This document shows positions 1-13,790 of a stretch of 64,000 nt of DNA, one piece after another. The notes under the pieces were generated by a model, which saw nothing but the letters and a program-made list of their open reading frames with translations, did no database searches and was not told where the DNA came from. This DNA is from Eledone cirrhosa. Lineage: Eukaryota. The stretch covers positions 99,696,001-99,760,000 of the forward strand of contig OZ024741.1 in NCBI GenBank assembly GCA_964016885.1, read 5' to 3'. The translations under genes and the position numbers were made by a program. Numbering within the stretch: position 1 is the first letter of the stretch; each line of letters begins with the position of its first letter.

Positions 1-304
1 TAACCAAGATGATATTTACCAAAAAGAAGAACAAGTCAACATCATTGGATACCATCAGTGGTGCAGGTGTTATATCAAAGTTTTCCTTCTCCTAGAATTC
101 TGCCTTGACAAAGGCTAAGGGGTCATCTCTCCCGGTGATTTTGGATGGCCATTGACTCTTAAGAGCTCCTTTTCCCTTTGACAGGTTTTGTTTTTAGTCC
201 TGCAGGATGTCCAAAGTCACCCTCCTCACCAAGAAACCTTGGTGGGGTTGCCAGTTTAGTCACCAACGACCCGACCATGGGAGAGGTTGTACTGGTATAC
301 ATGT

Positions 305-393
<89 letters not shown>

Positions 394-551
394 ATATATA
401 TATTGTTATACTTTAGGAGGGTCATGTTACCAATAAGAAACAAACGCACCAGCTGCTTTCACTTCAATTTATTATAAATTAAATTATAAATTTAAAAACT
501 TATAAATTTCCGGTTGGCTGGTTGGTTCCACAACCAGACGGTTCATATATT

Positions 552-594
552 GTCAAAGTTCTTTCGTCTCACATTCTGTGACCTCTTCAGTGAC
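552..594 (-). ncRNA. Minimal type I hammerhead ribozyme
   Basis: Minus strand gtca-CTGAAGA-ggtcacagaatgtgagac-GAAA-gaac-TT-tgac; stem III is only 1-2 bp. The sense copy at about 1896-1938 has C3->T. Confidence 0.6.
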
Positions 595-611
595 TGAGGA
601 TTCTTTTTTTT

Positions 612-1685
612 TTGTGCCTCTCCCTTGTTTTAGAGAACAGTCAGGAAATAGAGAAAAACACCATGGAAAGCTTCCAGCAAATAACTAACTCCATCCACCA
701 GAATATCAAAGTAACTATAGACGACCCAAGCAAACACCCCAACCATCGATTACCTGTACTAGACGCAGAGCTTTGGTTAGAAACCATTAACAATAAAAAA
801 CAAATCCTCCATTCCAATTATGCCAAACCCATGACTTCCAAATACCTGATCCACCGAAACTCAGCTGTTTCGGATCACACCAAAATCAACATACTGATTG
901 CGGATTTAGTAAGGGTGATGAGGAACGTGTCCCGCATGTGCAACCCCAAAGAACTAGAGACACACATACAACACATCATCCACCGTATGCAGTTCTCTGG
1001 TTACAATCAGAGAGATAAAACCAGAGTATATAGAGGAGCCAGAACCAAATGGGAAAAAATGGTAAATAATGATCCAAATGGGACCTGCCCCTTGTATAGG
1101 AGTAAATTTTGGAATAGAATAGAAAGAACTAGAAATAAGATTAATAAAATAAACTCATGGTATGATAGCAATAAATAACAGAGTGTAATGTTCATCAATA
1201 CAACCCCTAGAGATTAACTAGCTTACAAATTTAGAAGGGCCCTAGATACACTTAAACTAAATATTAAGATAATGGAAAGACCAGGTACCTCCATAAAACA
1301 CTTATTATTAATACATACTCTTTTCAAAGACCTCCCTGTATAGATAGGAAATGCATAATCTGTAAACTAAGCCCCCATATTAACTGTACAACTAGAAACC
1401 TAGTATATAGCATAAGATGTACTCAGGGACAATGTAAAGATAAGAATATAATGTTCGTAGCATAGGAGAACGATTAAATGAAAACTGGCGAGAACTGCAA
1501 TATAGAAAAAACTCATCAGTACTCCACCAACATGCGAAAATAGAACATAACGGCAAATTAGAGAACATAGAAATAAAAATAGAATCTACGCACAGAAAAG
1601 ACGCAATGTTTAGACAAATCACAGAGTCAATAAACATAAATGAACTCCAACCAAATTAAATAGAAAACATGAATGGAATAGTAAC
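612..1685 (+). pseudogene. Decayed PLE RT (thumb region) + GIY-YIG endonuclease
   Basis: ORF 612-1178 has LPVLD..W, YAKPM.SK..IH..SA and RMQFSGY; downstream broken frames give C..CIIC...NCTTRNLVY, RSIGER, LHQH and LNRKHEW. Confidence 0.8.
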
Positions 1686-2126
1686 ATCACAACTCACAAT
1701 TAAAGGACAAAATGAAAATACACACACATAGAATAAACAACTAACTAGTAACATATAAATAAACAAATAAATAAACAAATAAAAACACACACAGACACAC
1801 GGATGTAACACATGCGCAAACTAAGAACACAACACACACAAAAATAAGATGGCGTAGGACAGAACAAAGGAGAGGCACAAAAATAAGTATCCCCAGTCAT
1901 TGAAGAGGTCACAGAATGTGTGACGAAAGAACTTTGACAATATTTGAACAACCGTCCGGTTGTGGAACCAACTAACCAACCGGAAATTTATAAACTTTTA
2001 AATTTATAATTTAATTCATAATAAATTGAAGAGAAAGCAACTGGTGCGTGTGTTTCTTATTTGCAACCAATATCGGTTTCAACACACGTTTTCAGATAAA
2101 GAATTTTGCTAAACAAATTAAGAAAC

Positions 2127-2181
<55 letters not shown>

Positions 2182-2182
<1 letters not shown>

Positions 2183-2283
2183 AAAGGATGACAAGGACGA
2201 TTGGTTACTCCTTCATGAAGTGAACCTAAACATCGAGTGCTCTCCCGGGTGAACCTGCAGTAACTCCATGTTACACCCCCTGG

Positions 2284-2284
<1 letters not shown>
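2182..2284. repeat. Short interspersed repeat in (TA)n
   Basis: Near-identical to parts of 38576-38726 and partly to 35655-35682; flanked by (TA)n. Confidence 0.65.
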
Positions 2285-2311
<27 letters not shown>

Positions 2312-2314
<3 letters not shown>

Positions 2315-2495
2315 GACGATCGACTTTCGTCAAATCGGACAGAGGGAACAATGTTTCCGTTGGTCTTTCCAATTGCTAATACTATCTATCGGTCGCAACT
2401 CCAGGTAGAAGGAGCAACGTGAAATAAAGTGTCTTGCTCAAGGACAAAACGCATCGCCTGGTCCAGGAATCGAACACACACCCTTACGATTGTGA
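2312..2495 (-). mobile_element. tRNA-derived CORE-type SINE (5' truncated)
   Basis: Reverse complement of the SINE at 3612-3831. Confidence 0.8.
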
Positions 2496-2901
2496 ACAAA
2501 CAAAATGGTTTAAGCAACAGAAAGTGAGAGGAAAGAGACAAGTCCCATATTTCTATGAATATAAACTCGATAAAATCGTGAACTAGAGAATAAAGACCAT
2601 CAGACCTGGAAGCAGGTCTGATGGTCTTTATTCTCTAGTTCACGATTTTATCGAGTTTATATTCATAGAAATGTGGGACTTGTCTCTTTCCTCTCACTTT
2701 CTGTTGCTTAAACCATTTTGTTTGTTCACCCTAACGTTCTCTTTATTTACGTGTCCCAACGACTTTTTTTAGCCGTTGTTCGCACCAACCTGAGGTATAT
2801 GGCCCTTAAAGCGATGAAATGCCTGGGGCGGTTGGAGGGTCACTGATGAAGGACTCACTTTTTTATATGTAACCCATTTGCAACGCCGCAGCTCCATTAT
2901 T

Positions 2902-2905
<4 letters not shown>
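2492..2905 (+). mobile_element. Copy of the ~510-bp permuted-hammerhead repeat family with a 117-bp fold-back at its 5' end
   Basis: 2492-2608 and 2613-2729 are inverted (1 mismatch, loop gaag); 2613-2900 is homologous to the 30466-31826 units. Confidence 0.8.
2793..2855 (+). ncRNA. Candidate non-circularly permuted hammerhead ribozyme
   Basis: aggta-TA-tggccctt ... GAAA-tgcct ... gagggtca-CTGATGA; stems I and III pair, stem II is weak. Confidence 0.55.
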
Positions 2906-2964
<59 letters not shown>

Positions 2965-3166
2965 ATATATGTGTGTATGTATATATATATATATATATGT
3001 GTGTATGTATATGCGTCTGTGCGTGTGTCTGTGTGTGTGCATGTGTGTTTATCTACTTTTATATTTATTCTTTTTCCTTTCCTTCTTCCTTTTCCAGCCT
3101 CACTTTCATATAGATTATATTTTTGTTTTTAAAATCCACTGTCAATAAATACACCAGGATTTTTTC

Positions 3167-3219
3167 ATTCTGATGACTGAAAGCAAATTTTGTTTGCTTT
3201 CAAGAAACCACTGGTAAAT
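3167..3219 (+). ncRNA. Type I hammerhead ribozyme, C.A mismatch at base of stem II
   Basis: att-CTGATGA-c-tgaaagcaaa/tttgctttca-a-GAAA-ccactgg-TA-aat; perfect 10-bp stem II, GUA triplet. Confidence 0.75.
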
Positions 3220-3251
3220 CAAATAATTATCTTATGTTGTTTATTACATAA

Positions 3252-3611
<360 letters not shown>

Positions 3612-3831
3612 AGTGAAGGCGTGTGGGTGAGTGGTTTGAGAATTGGATTCGCAATCGTAAGGTTGTGAGTTCGATTCCTGGACCAGGCGATGCGTTATGT
3701 CCTTGAGCAAGACACTTTATTTCACGTTGCTCCTTCTACCTCGAGTTGCGACCGATAGATAGTATTAGCAATTGGAAAGACCAACGGAAACATTGTTCCC
3801 TCGGTCCGATTTGACGAATGTCGATCGTTCC
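3612..3831 (+). mobile_element. tRNA-derived CORE-type SINE
   Basis: Pol III A-box-like tgggtgagtgg and B box gttcgattcc, followed by CORE-like gtccttgagcaagacacttt; 4 copies in the window. Confidence 0.85.
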
Positions 3832-4003
3832 TATATATATATATTAGAAAGTGACGTTTTTTTTACAAAATGAAAAATAACCGACGAGGTGTCCTACACG
3901 AGTGGAAGTATAAAGAAAAAGGGATGAAATCGAAAATGCAACTGAAGTCTTATTTTTTAAAAAAATATATATATATTTTTAAAAAAAATAAGACTTCAGT
4001 TGC

Positions 4004-4039
<36 letters not shown>

Positions 4040-4546
4040 AATTCATATTCTCTCTACATATTTGGATTACATTGAGTTCTTCATACGGATTGGACACTAC
4101 TACCGTATATTTTAGTAGATATATATATATATATCTACATATATCTATATGTGAAGTAATTCCGTCGGAAAGGTCCAGGAAAAAAGGGTACTCTATGTAG
4201 GTTACAGAGCTTAATATGTGTATGTGTATATGTGTATATGTGTGTATTGCTTACCACGTGTCTTTGTTCATTTATTTGTGTCCTTTCCTGTATCGCTGTC
4301 AACTTTATAATCATTTTTATTTTTATTTTCTTAAGTCGTAGAATTTTAATTTTTATTTTTATGTGACGGCCTATTGCATTATATGGTTGTCCATTGTTTT
4401 TTATTTTTATTTTTTATTATTATTTTTTCTTATAATTAATTGTGTGTGTGCGTATGTAGGGGTGTGCACATGTATCTATATATGTGTGTACGTAAGTATG
4501 CGTGTATATTTGTGTGTGTGTATGTGTGTATATATGTATGATCATG

Positions 4547-4587
<41 letters not shown>

Positions 4588-4593
<6 letters not shown>

Positions 4594-5243
4594 ATAAATT
4601 AAAGCAGGCATAGTCCCTCGCTATTCCCTGTAAATAATGTGCTCAAAGGAGAAGAGATCCTGAGCTCTTTAAAACACAATATGTTGAAAAGGTAACACAC
4701 CAGAGAGAGATATATAGTGCGTTATCAATAATACAGGGAAAAAACCACCAGTGTATGGAATCTATAACCTATGAAAGGCAGACTATAGACACGATAATTA
4801 AAAATATAAATTAAAGCGTAAATAAATACCTCTATAACTATATAACACACGTACAAATCCAAAGATATGTTTCACCAAAAATTTGTTGAAAGAAATGGTC
4901 TAGTCTCGGTTCATCAGCGTGTGTAAGGGTATACATTTCAGACAACACTAAGATAATTTTAAAATTGACTGTCCAGCTACACGTGGGAGAGAGAAGTCAC
5001 AGCGTGTTTAAGGACAATGAACCAGTGGCCTCTGAGGGACGAACTGCTAGAAAGGGCATCCCAAAGCCACTCAGAGAAGTGTGCTCAAACAAACAGAGAT
5101 AGGAAAGACTGTTATTAGGAGCGAAATATCACGATAAATTAACGGAGGCATAGGCCCTCGCTATTCCCTGTAAATAATGTGCTCAAAGGAGAAGAGATCG
5201 TGAGCTCTTTAAAATACAATATGTTGAAAAGGTAACACACCAG
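4588..5243 (-). mobile_element. Retrozyme-like non-coding element, 1.2 copies of a 540-bp monomer
   Basis: About 115-bp direct terminal redundancy (atcacgataaattaa...cacaccag at 4588 and 5128); internal HHR; (TA)n on both sides. Confidence 0.8.
4845..4924 (-). ncRNA. Type I hammerhead ribozyme (canonical core)
   Basis: acacacg-CTGATGA-acc...ggt-GAAA-catatc tttg gatttg-TA-cgtgtgt; 7-bp stem I, GUA triplet. Confidence 0.88.
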
Positions 5244-5277
<34 letters not shown>

Positions 5278-5358
5278 ATATAAATTTATATATATATATA
5301 TACATGTGTGTGTATTTGTGTGTATGTGTATGTATGGATATATATATATATATGTATG

Positions 5359-5419
<61 letters not shown>

Positions 5420-5619
5420 ATATATGTGTGTATGTATATATATATATATATGTGTGTATGTATATGCGTCTGTGCGTGTGTCTGTGTGTGTGCATGTGTG
5501 TTTATCTACTTTTATATTTATTCTTTTTCCTTTCCTTCTTCCTTTTCCAGCCTCACTTTCATATAGATTATATTTTTGTTTTTAAAACCCACTGTCAATA
5601 AATACACCATGATTTTTTC

Positions 5620-5672
5620 ATTCTGATGACTGAAAGCAAATTTTGTTTGCTCTCAAGAAACCACTGGTAAAT
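5620..5672 (+). ncRNA. Type I hammerhead ribozyme (duplicate of 3167-3219)
   Basis: Same motif with one stem II substitution. Confidence 0.7.
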
Positions 5673-5701
5673 CAAATAATTATCCTATGTTGTTTATTAC
5701 A

Positions 5702-5959
<258 letters not shown>

Positions 5960-5966
5960 TACATAT

Positions 5967-6056
<90 letters not shown>

Positions 6057-6061
<5 letters not shown>

Positions 6062-6276
6062 AGACGTGTGGGTGAGTGGTTTGAGAATTGGATTCGCAAT
6101 CGTAAGGTTGTGAGTTCGATTCCTGGACCAGGCGATGCGTTATGTCCTTGAGCAAGACACTTTATTTCACGTTGCTCCTTCTACCTGGAGTTGCGACCGA
6201 TAGATAGTATTAGCAATTGGAAAGACCAACGGAAACATTGTTCCCTCGGTCCGATTTGACGAAAGTCGATCGTTCC
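6057..6276 (+). mobile_element. tRNA-derived CORE-type SINE
   Basis: Duplicate of 3612-3831. Confidence 0.85.
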
Positions 6277-6448
6277 TATATATATATATTAGAAAGTGAC
6301 GTTTTTTTTACAAAATGAAAAATAACCGACGAGGTGTCCTACACGAGTGGAAGTATAAAAAAAAAGGGATGAAATCGAAAATGCAACTGAAGTCTTATTT
6401 TTTTAAAAAATATATATATATTTAAAAAAAAAATAAGACTTCAGTTGC

Positions 6449-6500
<52 letters not shown>

Positions 6501-7007
6501 AATTCATATTCTCTCTACATATTTGGATTACATTGAGTTCTTCATACGGATTGGACACTACTACCGTATATTTTAGTAGATATATATATATATATCTACA
6601 TATATCTATATGTGAAGAAATTCCGTCGGAAAGGTCCAGGAAAAAAGGGTACTCTATGTAGGTTACAGAGCTTAATATGTGTATGTGTATATGTGTATAT
6701 GTGTGTATTGCTTACCACGTGTCTTTGTTTATTTATTTGTGTCCTTTCCTGTATCGCTGTCAACTTTATAATCATTTTTATTTTTATTTTCTTAAGTCGT
6801 AGAATTTTAATTTTTATTTTTATGTGACGGCCTATTGCATTATATGGTTGTCCATTGTTTTTTATTTTTATTTTTTATTATTACTTTTTCTTATAATTAA
6901 TTGTGTGTGTGCGTATGTAGGGGTGTGCACATGTATCTATATATGTGTGTGCGTAAGTATGCGTGTATATTTGTGTGTATGTATGTGTGTATATATGTAT
7001 GATCATG

Positions 7008-7054
<47 letters not shown>

Positions 7055-7060
<6 letters not shown>

Positions 7061-7710
7061 ATAAATTAAAGCAGGCATAGTCCCTCGCTATTCCCTGTAA
7101 ATAATGTGCTCAAAGGAGAAGAGATCCTGAGCTCTTTAAAACACAATATGTTGAAAAGGTAACACACCAGAGAGAGATATATAGTGCGTTATCAATAATA
7201 CAGGGAAAAAACCACCAGTGTATGGAATCTATAACCTATGAAAGGCAGACTATAGACACGATAATTAAAAATATAAATTAAAGCGTAAATAAATACCTCT
7301 ATAACTATATAACACACGTACAAATCCAAAGATATGTTTCACCAAAAATTTGTTGAAAGAAATGGTCTAGTCTCGGTTCATCAGCGTGTGTAAGGGTATA
7401 CATTTCAGACAACACTAAGATAATTTTAAAATTGACTGTCCAGCTACACGTGGGAGAGAGAAGTCACAGCGTGTTTAAGGACAATGAACCAGTGGCCTCT
7501 GAGGGACGAACTGCTAGAAAGGGCATCCCAAAGCCACTCAGAGAAGTGTGCTCAAACAAACAGAGATAGGAAAGACTGTTATTAGGAGCGAAATATCACG
7601 ATAAATTAACGGAGGCATAGGCCCTCGCTATTCCCTGTAAATAATGTGCTCAAAGGAGAAGAGATCGTGAGCTCTTTAAAATACAATATGTTGAAAAGGT
7701 AACACACCAG
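7055..7710 (-). mobile_element. Retrozyme-like 1.2-mer (duplicate of 4588-5243)
   Basis: Essentially identical copy; HHR at 7312-7391. Confidence 0.8.
7312..7391 (-). ncRNA. Type I hammerhead ribozyme
   Basis: Identical to 4845-4924. Confidence 0.88.
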
Positions 7711-7744
<34 letters not shown>

Positions 7745-7827
7745 ATAAATTTATATATATATATATACATGTGTGTGTATTTGTGTGTATGTGTAGATAT
7801 ATATATATATATGTATGTATATATATA

Positions 7828-7860
<33 letters not shown>

Positions 7861-7865
<5 letters not shown>

Positions 7866-8080
7866 AGGCGTGTGGGTGAGTGGTTTGAGAATTGGATTCG
7901 CAATCGTAAGGTTGTGAGTTCGATTCCTGGACCAGGCGATGCGTTATGTCCTTGAGCAAGACACTTTATTTCACGTTGCTCCTTCTACCTGGAGTTGCGA
8001 CCGATAGATAGTATTAGCAATTGGAAAGACCAACGGAAACATTGTTCCCTCGGTCCGATTTGACGAAAGTCGATCGTTCC
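7861..8080 (+). mobile_element. tRNA-derived CORE-type SINE
   Basis: Duplicate of 3612-3831. Confidence 0.85.
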
Positions 8081-8252
8081 TATATATATATATTAGAAAG
8101 TGACGTTTTTTTTACAAAATGAAAAATAACCGACGAGGTGTCCTACACGAGTGGAAGTATAAAGAAAAAGGGATGAAATCGAAAATGCAACTGAAGTCTT
8201 ATTTTTTTTAAAAATATATATATATTTAAAAAAAAAATAAGACTTCAGTTGC

Positions 8253-8298
<46 letters not shown>

Positions 8299-8441
8299 AA
8301 TTCATATTCTCTCTACATATTTGGATTACATTGAGTTCTTCATACGGATTGGACACTACTAAATAATGTAAATAATGTGCTCAAAGGAGAAGAGATCGTG
8401 AGCTCTTTAAAATACAATATGTTGAAAAGGTAACACACCAG

Positions 8442-8475
<34 letters not shown>

Positions 8476-8556
8476 ATATAAATTTATATATATATATATA
8501 CATGTGTGTGTATTTGTGTGTATGTGTATGTATGGATATATATATATATATGTATG

Positions 8557-8635
<79 letters not shown>

Positions 8636-8835
8636 ATATATGTGTGTATGTATATATATATATATATGTGTGTATGTATATGCGTCTGTGCGTGTGTCTG
8701 TGTGTGTGCATGTGTGTTTATCTACTTTTATATTTATTCTTTTTCCTTTCCTTCTTCCTTTTCCAGCCTCACTTTCATATAGATTATATTTTTGTTTTTA
8801 AAATCCACTGTCAATAAATACACCAGGATTTTTTC

Positions 8836-8888
8836 ATTCTGATGACTGAAAGCAAATTTTGTTTGCTTTCAAGAAACCACTGGTAAAT
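8836..8888 (+). ncRNA. Type I hammerhead ribozyme (duplicate of 3167-3219)
   Basis: Same motif. Confidence 0.75.
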
Positions 8889-8917
8889 CAAATAATTATC
8901 TTATGTTGTTTATTACA

Positions 8918-8967
<50 letters not shown>

Positions 8968-11900
8968 CATATATATATATACTTATATATGTGTGTGTGC
9001 GTATGTCTATGTGTTTGTGTGTGTGTAAGTTTTTGCATGCGTGTGTGTGTGTGCATGTTCGTTTTCCGTGAGTTTATATATATATATAAACAAACATCAA
9101 AAGCTACCTTATATTTGTTGATCTAACGGCTATAAAACTGATAATCTATCGTGTTCCTCAAATCAGCAGACATTTAGGTATGACACGACTTTAAGTCTTT
9201 GGTTGCCATCAAGATTTGAAAGATAAGAATAAATAGTAATATAGTTTTACTGATTGTTACTTAACCGTACGAGACGCTATTACGTTAATCTACTCGTGTC
9301 ATTTACGAAAAAGATATACGTCAAGATTAGATTTGTATTCATAAGTTGTATTTTATGGGAGAAAAAATGTATGTACGTTCATCTTCATGTACGTTACCCT
9401 CACATAAACTTACATATACACACGGGGATATTTACACAGTCATACACCACATACACATACACACGTGTATATATGTATGCCTATATATATATATATATAA
9501 GTATTTGTGTGTGTGTTTGTGGGTGTAACCATAAACATATAATTTGAGAGGAGTTGTGTCGAACGCCCAATACAATAAATTCCTAATTTCTAAGAATGTT
9601 ATATTAAATGGGTGAAGAAAATGAAGACAACTGGAGGTAGTTGCTTGTGATTACATGTAGAAGATGAGAGCATTTGATGAAATTGTGAACGTATTCTCAA
9701 AATGGGTAGTCTGACCTATGTTGAAAGCCATGAAAATCTCTGTTCATATGAATCTGCCTGTAGGCCCTCATTAATATTATATATGCTCAACTTGTCACTT
9801 AGAAATTACAATGTTACATTTAAACAAATAATTTGGTATAATTCACACAACTATAATAAAACCAAAAATAATTCCAGGCGCTGGTTAATGAGCATTAATT
9901 TGAAGAATTTATTCAAAAGGTAATTTAATGAATGGAATGTAATTAAAAAAATAACCAAGTATGTGAACACAGACATAGAGATTAGGAGTTACGAGCTCAA
10001 TCATTGAATGAATGAAAACATCTGAAGACGAACCAGTGAATTTGTAGAAACTTTAAATGACTTATGAATTTAGGAATGCTATGGTACCAAAGAATAACGA
10101 ATTAACAATATACAAAGTAACAAACGAAAAAAAAAAAAATTCGAATACAGTCACGTTTTCAATATAAGCTTCACCTTATATATACAAATGAATATGCTTA
10201 TTTGACTGTCATTGTATGTATAAAGGAAAGAAATCACCTATCAATCAGGGTTTCACGTGCACGGCAACACGTCTCTAATAATTTCAATGTCAAAATTGAG
10301 TGCAGTTGTGGTGTCATGCGACTTGAAAGGCGGGTTTTCCTGGTCTCTATAAGACTGGCTCTCATTGGTGGAGGCAACTCATCGAATTTGATGTGCAATA
10401 GAATTTGATGTGCTTTTCATGCCTTACTTCAGATAAGGATCTACTAAGATATAAGAGAAGCTATTCAGCCGAGATCCAGTTTTTAAGCAAGAAGGAGTAC
10501 TCCACGAATTTCTCTAGTAATAATTTAATGATCAATTGGTTGAGAAAGTTTCGTCTTTACCAACAGATGGTAAAATATCCAAGTTGTTTTGGTGTGAGGT
10601 AATGTGGGTGCTTCTAGAATATAGTTTCTATAGTGTAGCTCAATTCACATAGTTCAAAGTTCTGATCGAGCAGCCATGCCTTCGGCCTCAAGGGACGAAA
10701 TAAAACGGTAAGGGAATGATACACGTATTTCATATGTTATTGCAGCCTCCTTTAAAGACGTTAACTGTAAGCTTTTTGATTGCACCTTTATATTCTATGT
10801 GTGACTTAAATTGTTTTACTTCAGGAGACAATAACAATATATACGTATTCAACATTTACCCTGGAAACCAACTTTACTTACTACCAATAATGACCTATCT
10901 CCGAGATGAACACTGCAAACAATTTCCACTACCATACGGCACCTGCCTCATTAAACATGCACTTGTCTGTCTATGAAATTATGAATGATATAAGCCAACA
11001 ACTTGTTCATCCGCATTCGTACACACACAGACTCCCACTACACACAGACAAACGAACACACAAACATGCGCACACAGACATGCACACACACACACAGAAA
11101 AGCGGCTGTGAATTGATCTGTGTGCATTTGTGTAAGTATTTATATAGGTATGTATGTCCATGTGTCTGTATTTAATAAATGGTGATTATCAATAAAAAAT
11201 ATACTACATATCATTTAGAAAAATCACCCCGGCTATATTAAGTATCCAATTATATAAAATAAGCATACAGATTACGTAAAACGTTCATCTTTACATTCGA
11301 TAATTCTTTTATTGTAATATAGAATGCTTGAATTTTTCTTCCCTGAAAAGATACTTTCTAGACGACTGTATTAGTCATAAAGAGATGAAAAACATTTTTT
11401 ATTTGCCTTCTGCAAATTTAAGCTTATCGAATATGATTGAATCCAGTCATGCTTTATCCCTTGAATGGCTAACATTGATCGGGAAATGTAGATATTTCTG
11501 GTAATTTGCTTCTATTTTTACATTTAAAAAAGATATTTTAGATCTCTCAAATTTATATATTCAATGAAGAAATTTCGTAACAATGTTTAAAGCTTTAAGA
11601 AAGTTAAATATCACAAACGAATTTCAAAAGATTATTGTACAATGAAAGATTCTTTGAAATGGCGTAAGAAGAATATATAATTATACATAATCATCTGAGA
11701 TGATATTTTCGTCCCACCCGTCTAATTTTAACATTTATTTGATACAAATTATTCACACTATTGTCATTCTGATATATTCTTCAAATATGTTCTTATTGAA
11801 ATAAAATTTAATTGAAAATCTGGTTTCATCTATGCAATATATATTGTAAGCGTACTATTTGATTATCTTTGATGTTTTATTGTTGCGTTTGTCTTGTAGA

Positions 11901-13382
11901 ATATGGCTTTACCATTGGTTATGACGTAAAACATATTATAATGCAACTATTAAATTTAGGTACTGAGAAGACAATGTGGGCTGTCTGCCCTGTAATACAG
12001 TGAAATTTAATCAATTGATTTGACATTAAATATATGTAGTACAATATAAAAGATTCAACTTTTTTTTACTTCTTAAAGCAACTAAAACTACGATATTAAA
12101 TCTATGTTCCGGCAAATTTCTTTTAATGGGACGTAACTGCCTTAAAAAATCGAAGGAAATCCCCATACAATACCTTGAGTAGAGTGGGAAATTTACTCGT
12201 TCAGCACAGATATGACACTAAACTATATTCCTCCGTGCAGTCAAATTCTGTTTAATAGCAGAACCACCCCATCTTTTCAACAATATATTAAATCACAAAA
12301 ATTAAATATAAAACATATACATATACCACTCGCCTTATTATATAATATCTGAGATTGTTCCTTTATGTTTCGTTCAAAGATCAAATATCCCATTTATTAT
12401 TATAATCATCATAGATGCTGTTATTGGCTTTGGAATCGCCCTTAATACGATTCTCCCACTAATGTCTGAAACTGAATTCCCCTGAGCTGTAATTTTAGTG
12501 TAGTTAATCAGTAAAGGTTAAAGAAAAAGTGATGTTTGTTTTGGTTATATTTCTTGTAATTTGGTTCTTTAAGGAGGATAGGCCGTTTCTTTTAACCTTT
12601 CTTCAGACTTCCGAATAAGACTGGGATAATGACAGGAATAATGTTCGTTTCATAGTTTATCGAGATATGGTTTTGAATGATTACAAATGACCGAACTCAA
12701 GTAAAGCAATTGAACCAGGTGGTGAAGCTAAACACAGTAACAGATTAGTTTTGTATCGAAACATACAATTCAAAATTGTTTCCGCAGAGTCTCCGCCTGC
12801 CCAATTTCCCTCACGAGGAATGTGCTTTCCTGAGATATGTTGACAGGAGATACTTTCATAAATAATCGTGCAGGGGATTCAATGCGGAAACACGAACAGG
12901 CATATTACAATTCAAATAATCTGTGATATAAATATAAAATATCCGAAATCATAAGATAACATATTTCAGGGAATCGCGTTGTTTTATGTCTTTTTTAAGA
13001 AGATTTCTGACAGAGGTATTTTTTGTTTAATTTTCCATTTCTTATCTTCTTCAATAGATGGAGTGTTATGTTCACAATGGGGAATTTGTCATCTTTCTCT
13101 TCTGAACATGTAGGTTTCATTAATATCAGAGGATGAGGAGTATTTACCGTGGTATCGTCCACATCAAGAATCGAAGAGGAAGTAGATTTTCACGTCTTTC
13201 TCTGAACTTGAACTATAGACATTACTAATTATAGTAGCCACAGTTACATGTTCTTCATTATAGGTAACGTTTAAAACTCCTCAGTACAAAAAGCCCTGAA
13301 GTGTTTTTTGTTGCCACAAATGTGAGAACATTAATATTCGCCGTCCATAAAAATAAGGACCAATGTTGCACTACATCTACAG

Positions 13383-13790
13383 AGGCAAAACTAACCTCGG
13401 CAGGAATTGAACTCAGAACGTAAACTGCCGTAAATCTATACCGCGAAGAATGATGTCCGATGCTCTATCGATGCTGCCAATGCACGATAATAATAATAAT
13501 TGTATCTACTTTTGGCACAAGGCTAGCAATTACCCAGTACATTACTGGTACTTTATTTTATCGACCCCGTAAGGATGAAAGGCAAAGTTGACCTCCGCGG
13601 GGTTTGAACTCAGAATGGAAAGGGCCGTAAATCTAGGCGTCAAAGCATGGCGTCCGACTCTCTACAATAATAATAATAATAATGGTTTCTGATTTAGGCA
13701 CAAAGCCAACAAATTTGGGGGAATGGTAAAGGCATTTAATTCTAGCCCGTCTGTTACTGGTACTGACCAAGTCAGAATGAAAGATTTATC
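13383..13790 (-). mobile_element. Cluster of about 3 tRNA-derived SINE copies/fragments (second family) separated by (TAA)n
   Basis: Shared ttttatcgaccccgtaaggatgaaaggcaaagttgacctc core and B-box-like (minus strand) gagttcaaacc; homologous to 30205-30350 and 40298-40482. Confidence 0.75.

Larger units (their letters stand above)
431..2063 (+). mobile_element. 5'-truncated Penelope-like element with 5' inverted copy of its 3' pseudo-LTR
   Basis: 431-631 is the reverse complement of 1861-2063 (diverged); the interior encodes RT C-terminus and GIY-YIG remnants; both repeats carry a hammerhead-like motif; close to (TA)n tracts on both sides. Confidence 0.85.

Noticed and set aside
244-300. Possible HDV-like ribozyme on the minus strand (ccagt..acc tctcccat ggt..ctaa actgg)
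   Set aside because: P2, P3 and J4/2-like parts are visible, but I could not find a P1 helix of adequate length; needs a covariance-model search.
3875-4008. ccgacga-gtgt/acac motif next to a TA-centred hairpin
   Set aside because: The hairpin is real, but the hammerhead core has too many mismatches and no GAAA in position.
10019-10060. cat-CTGAAGA...GAAA-ctttaa-atg
   Set aside because: No UH before stem I and stem II is out of register; single copy.
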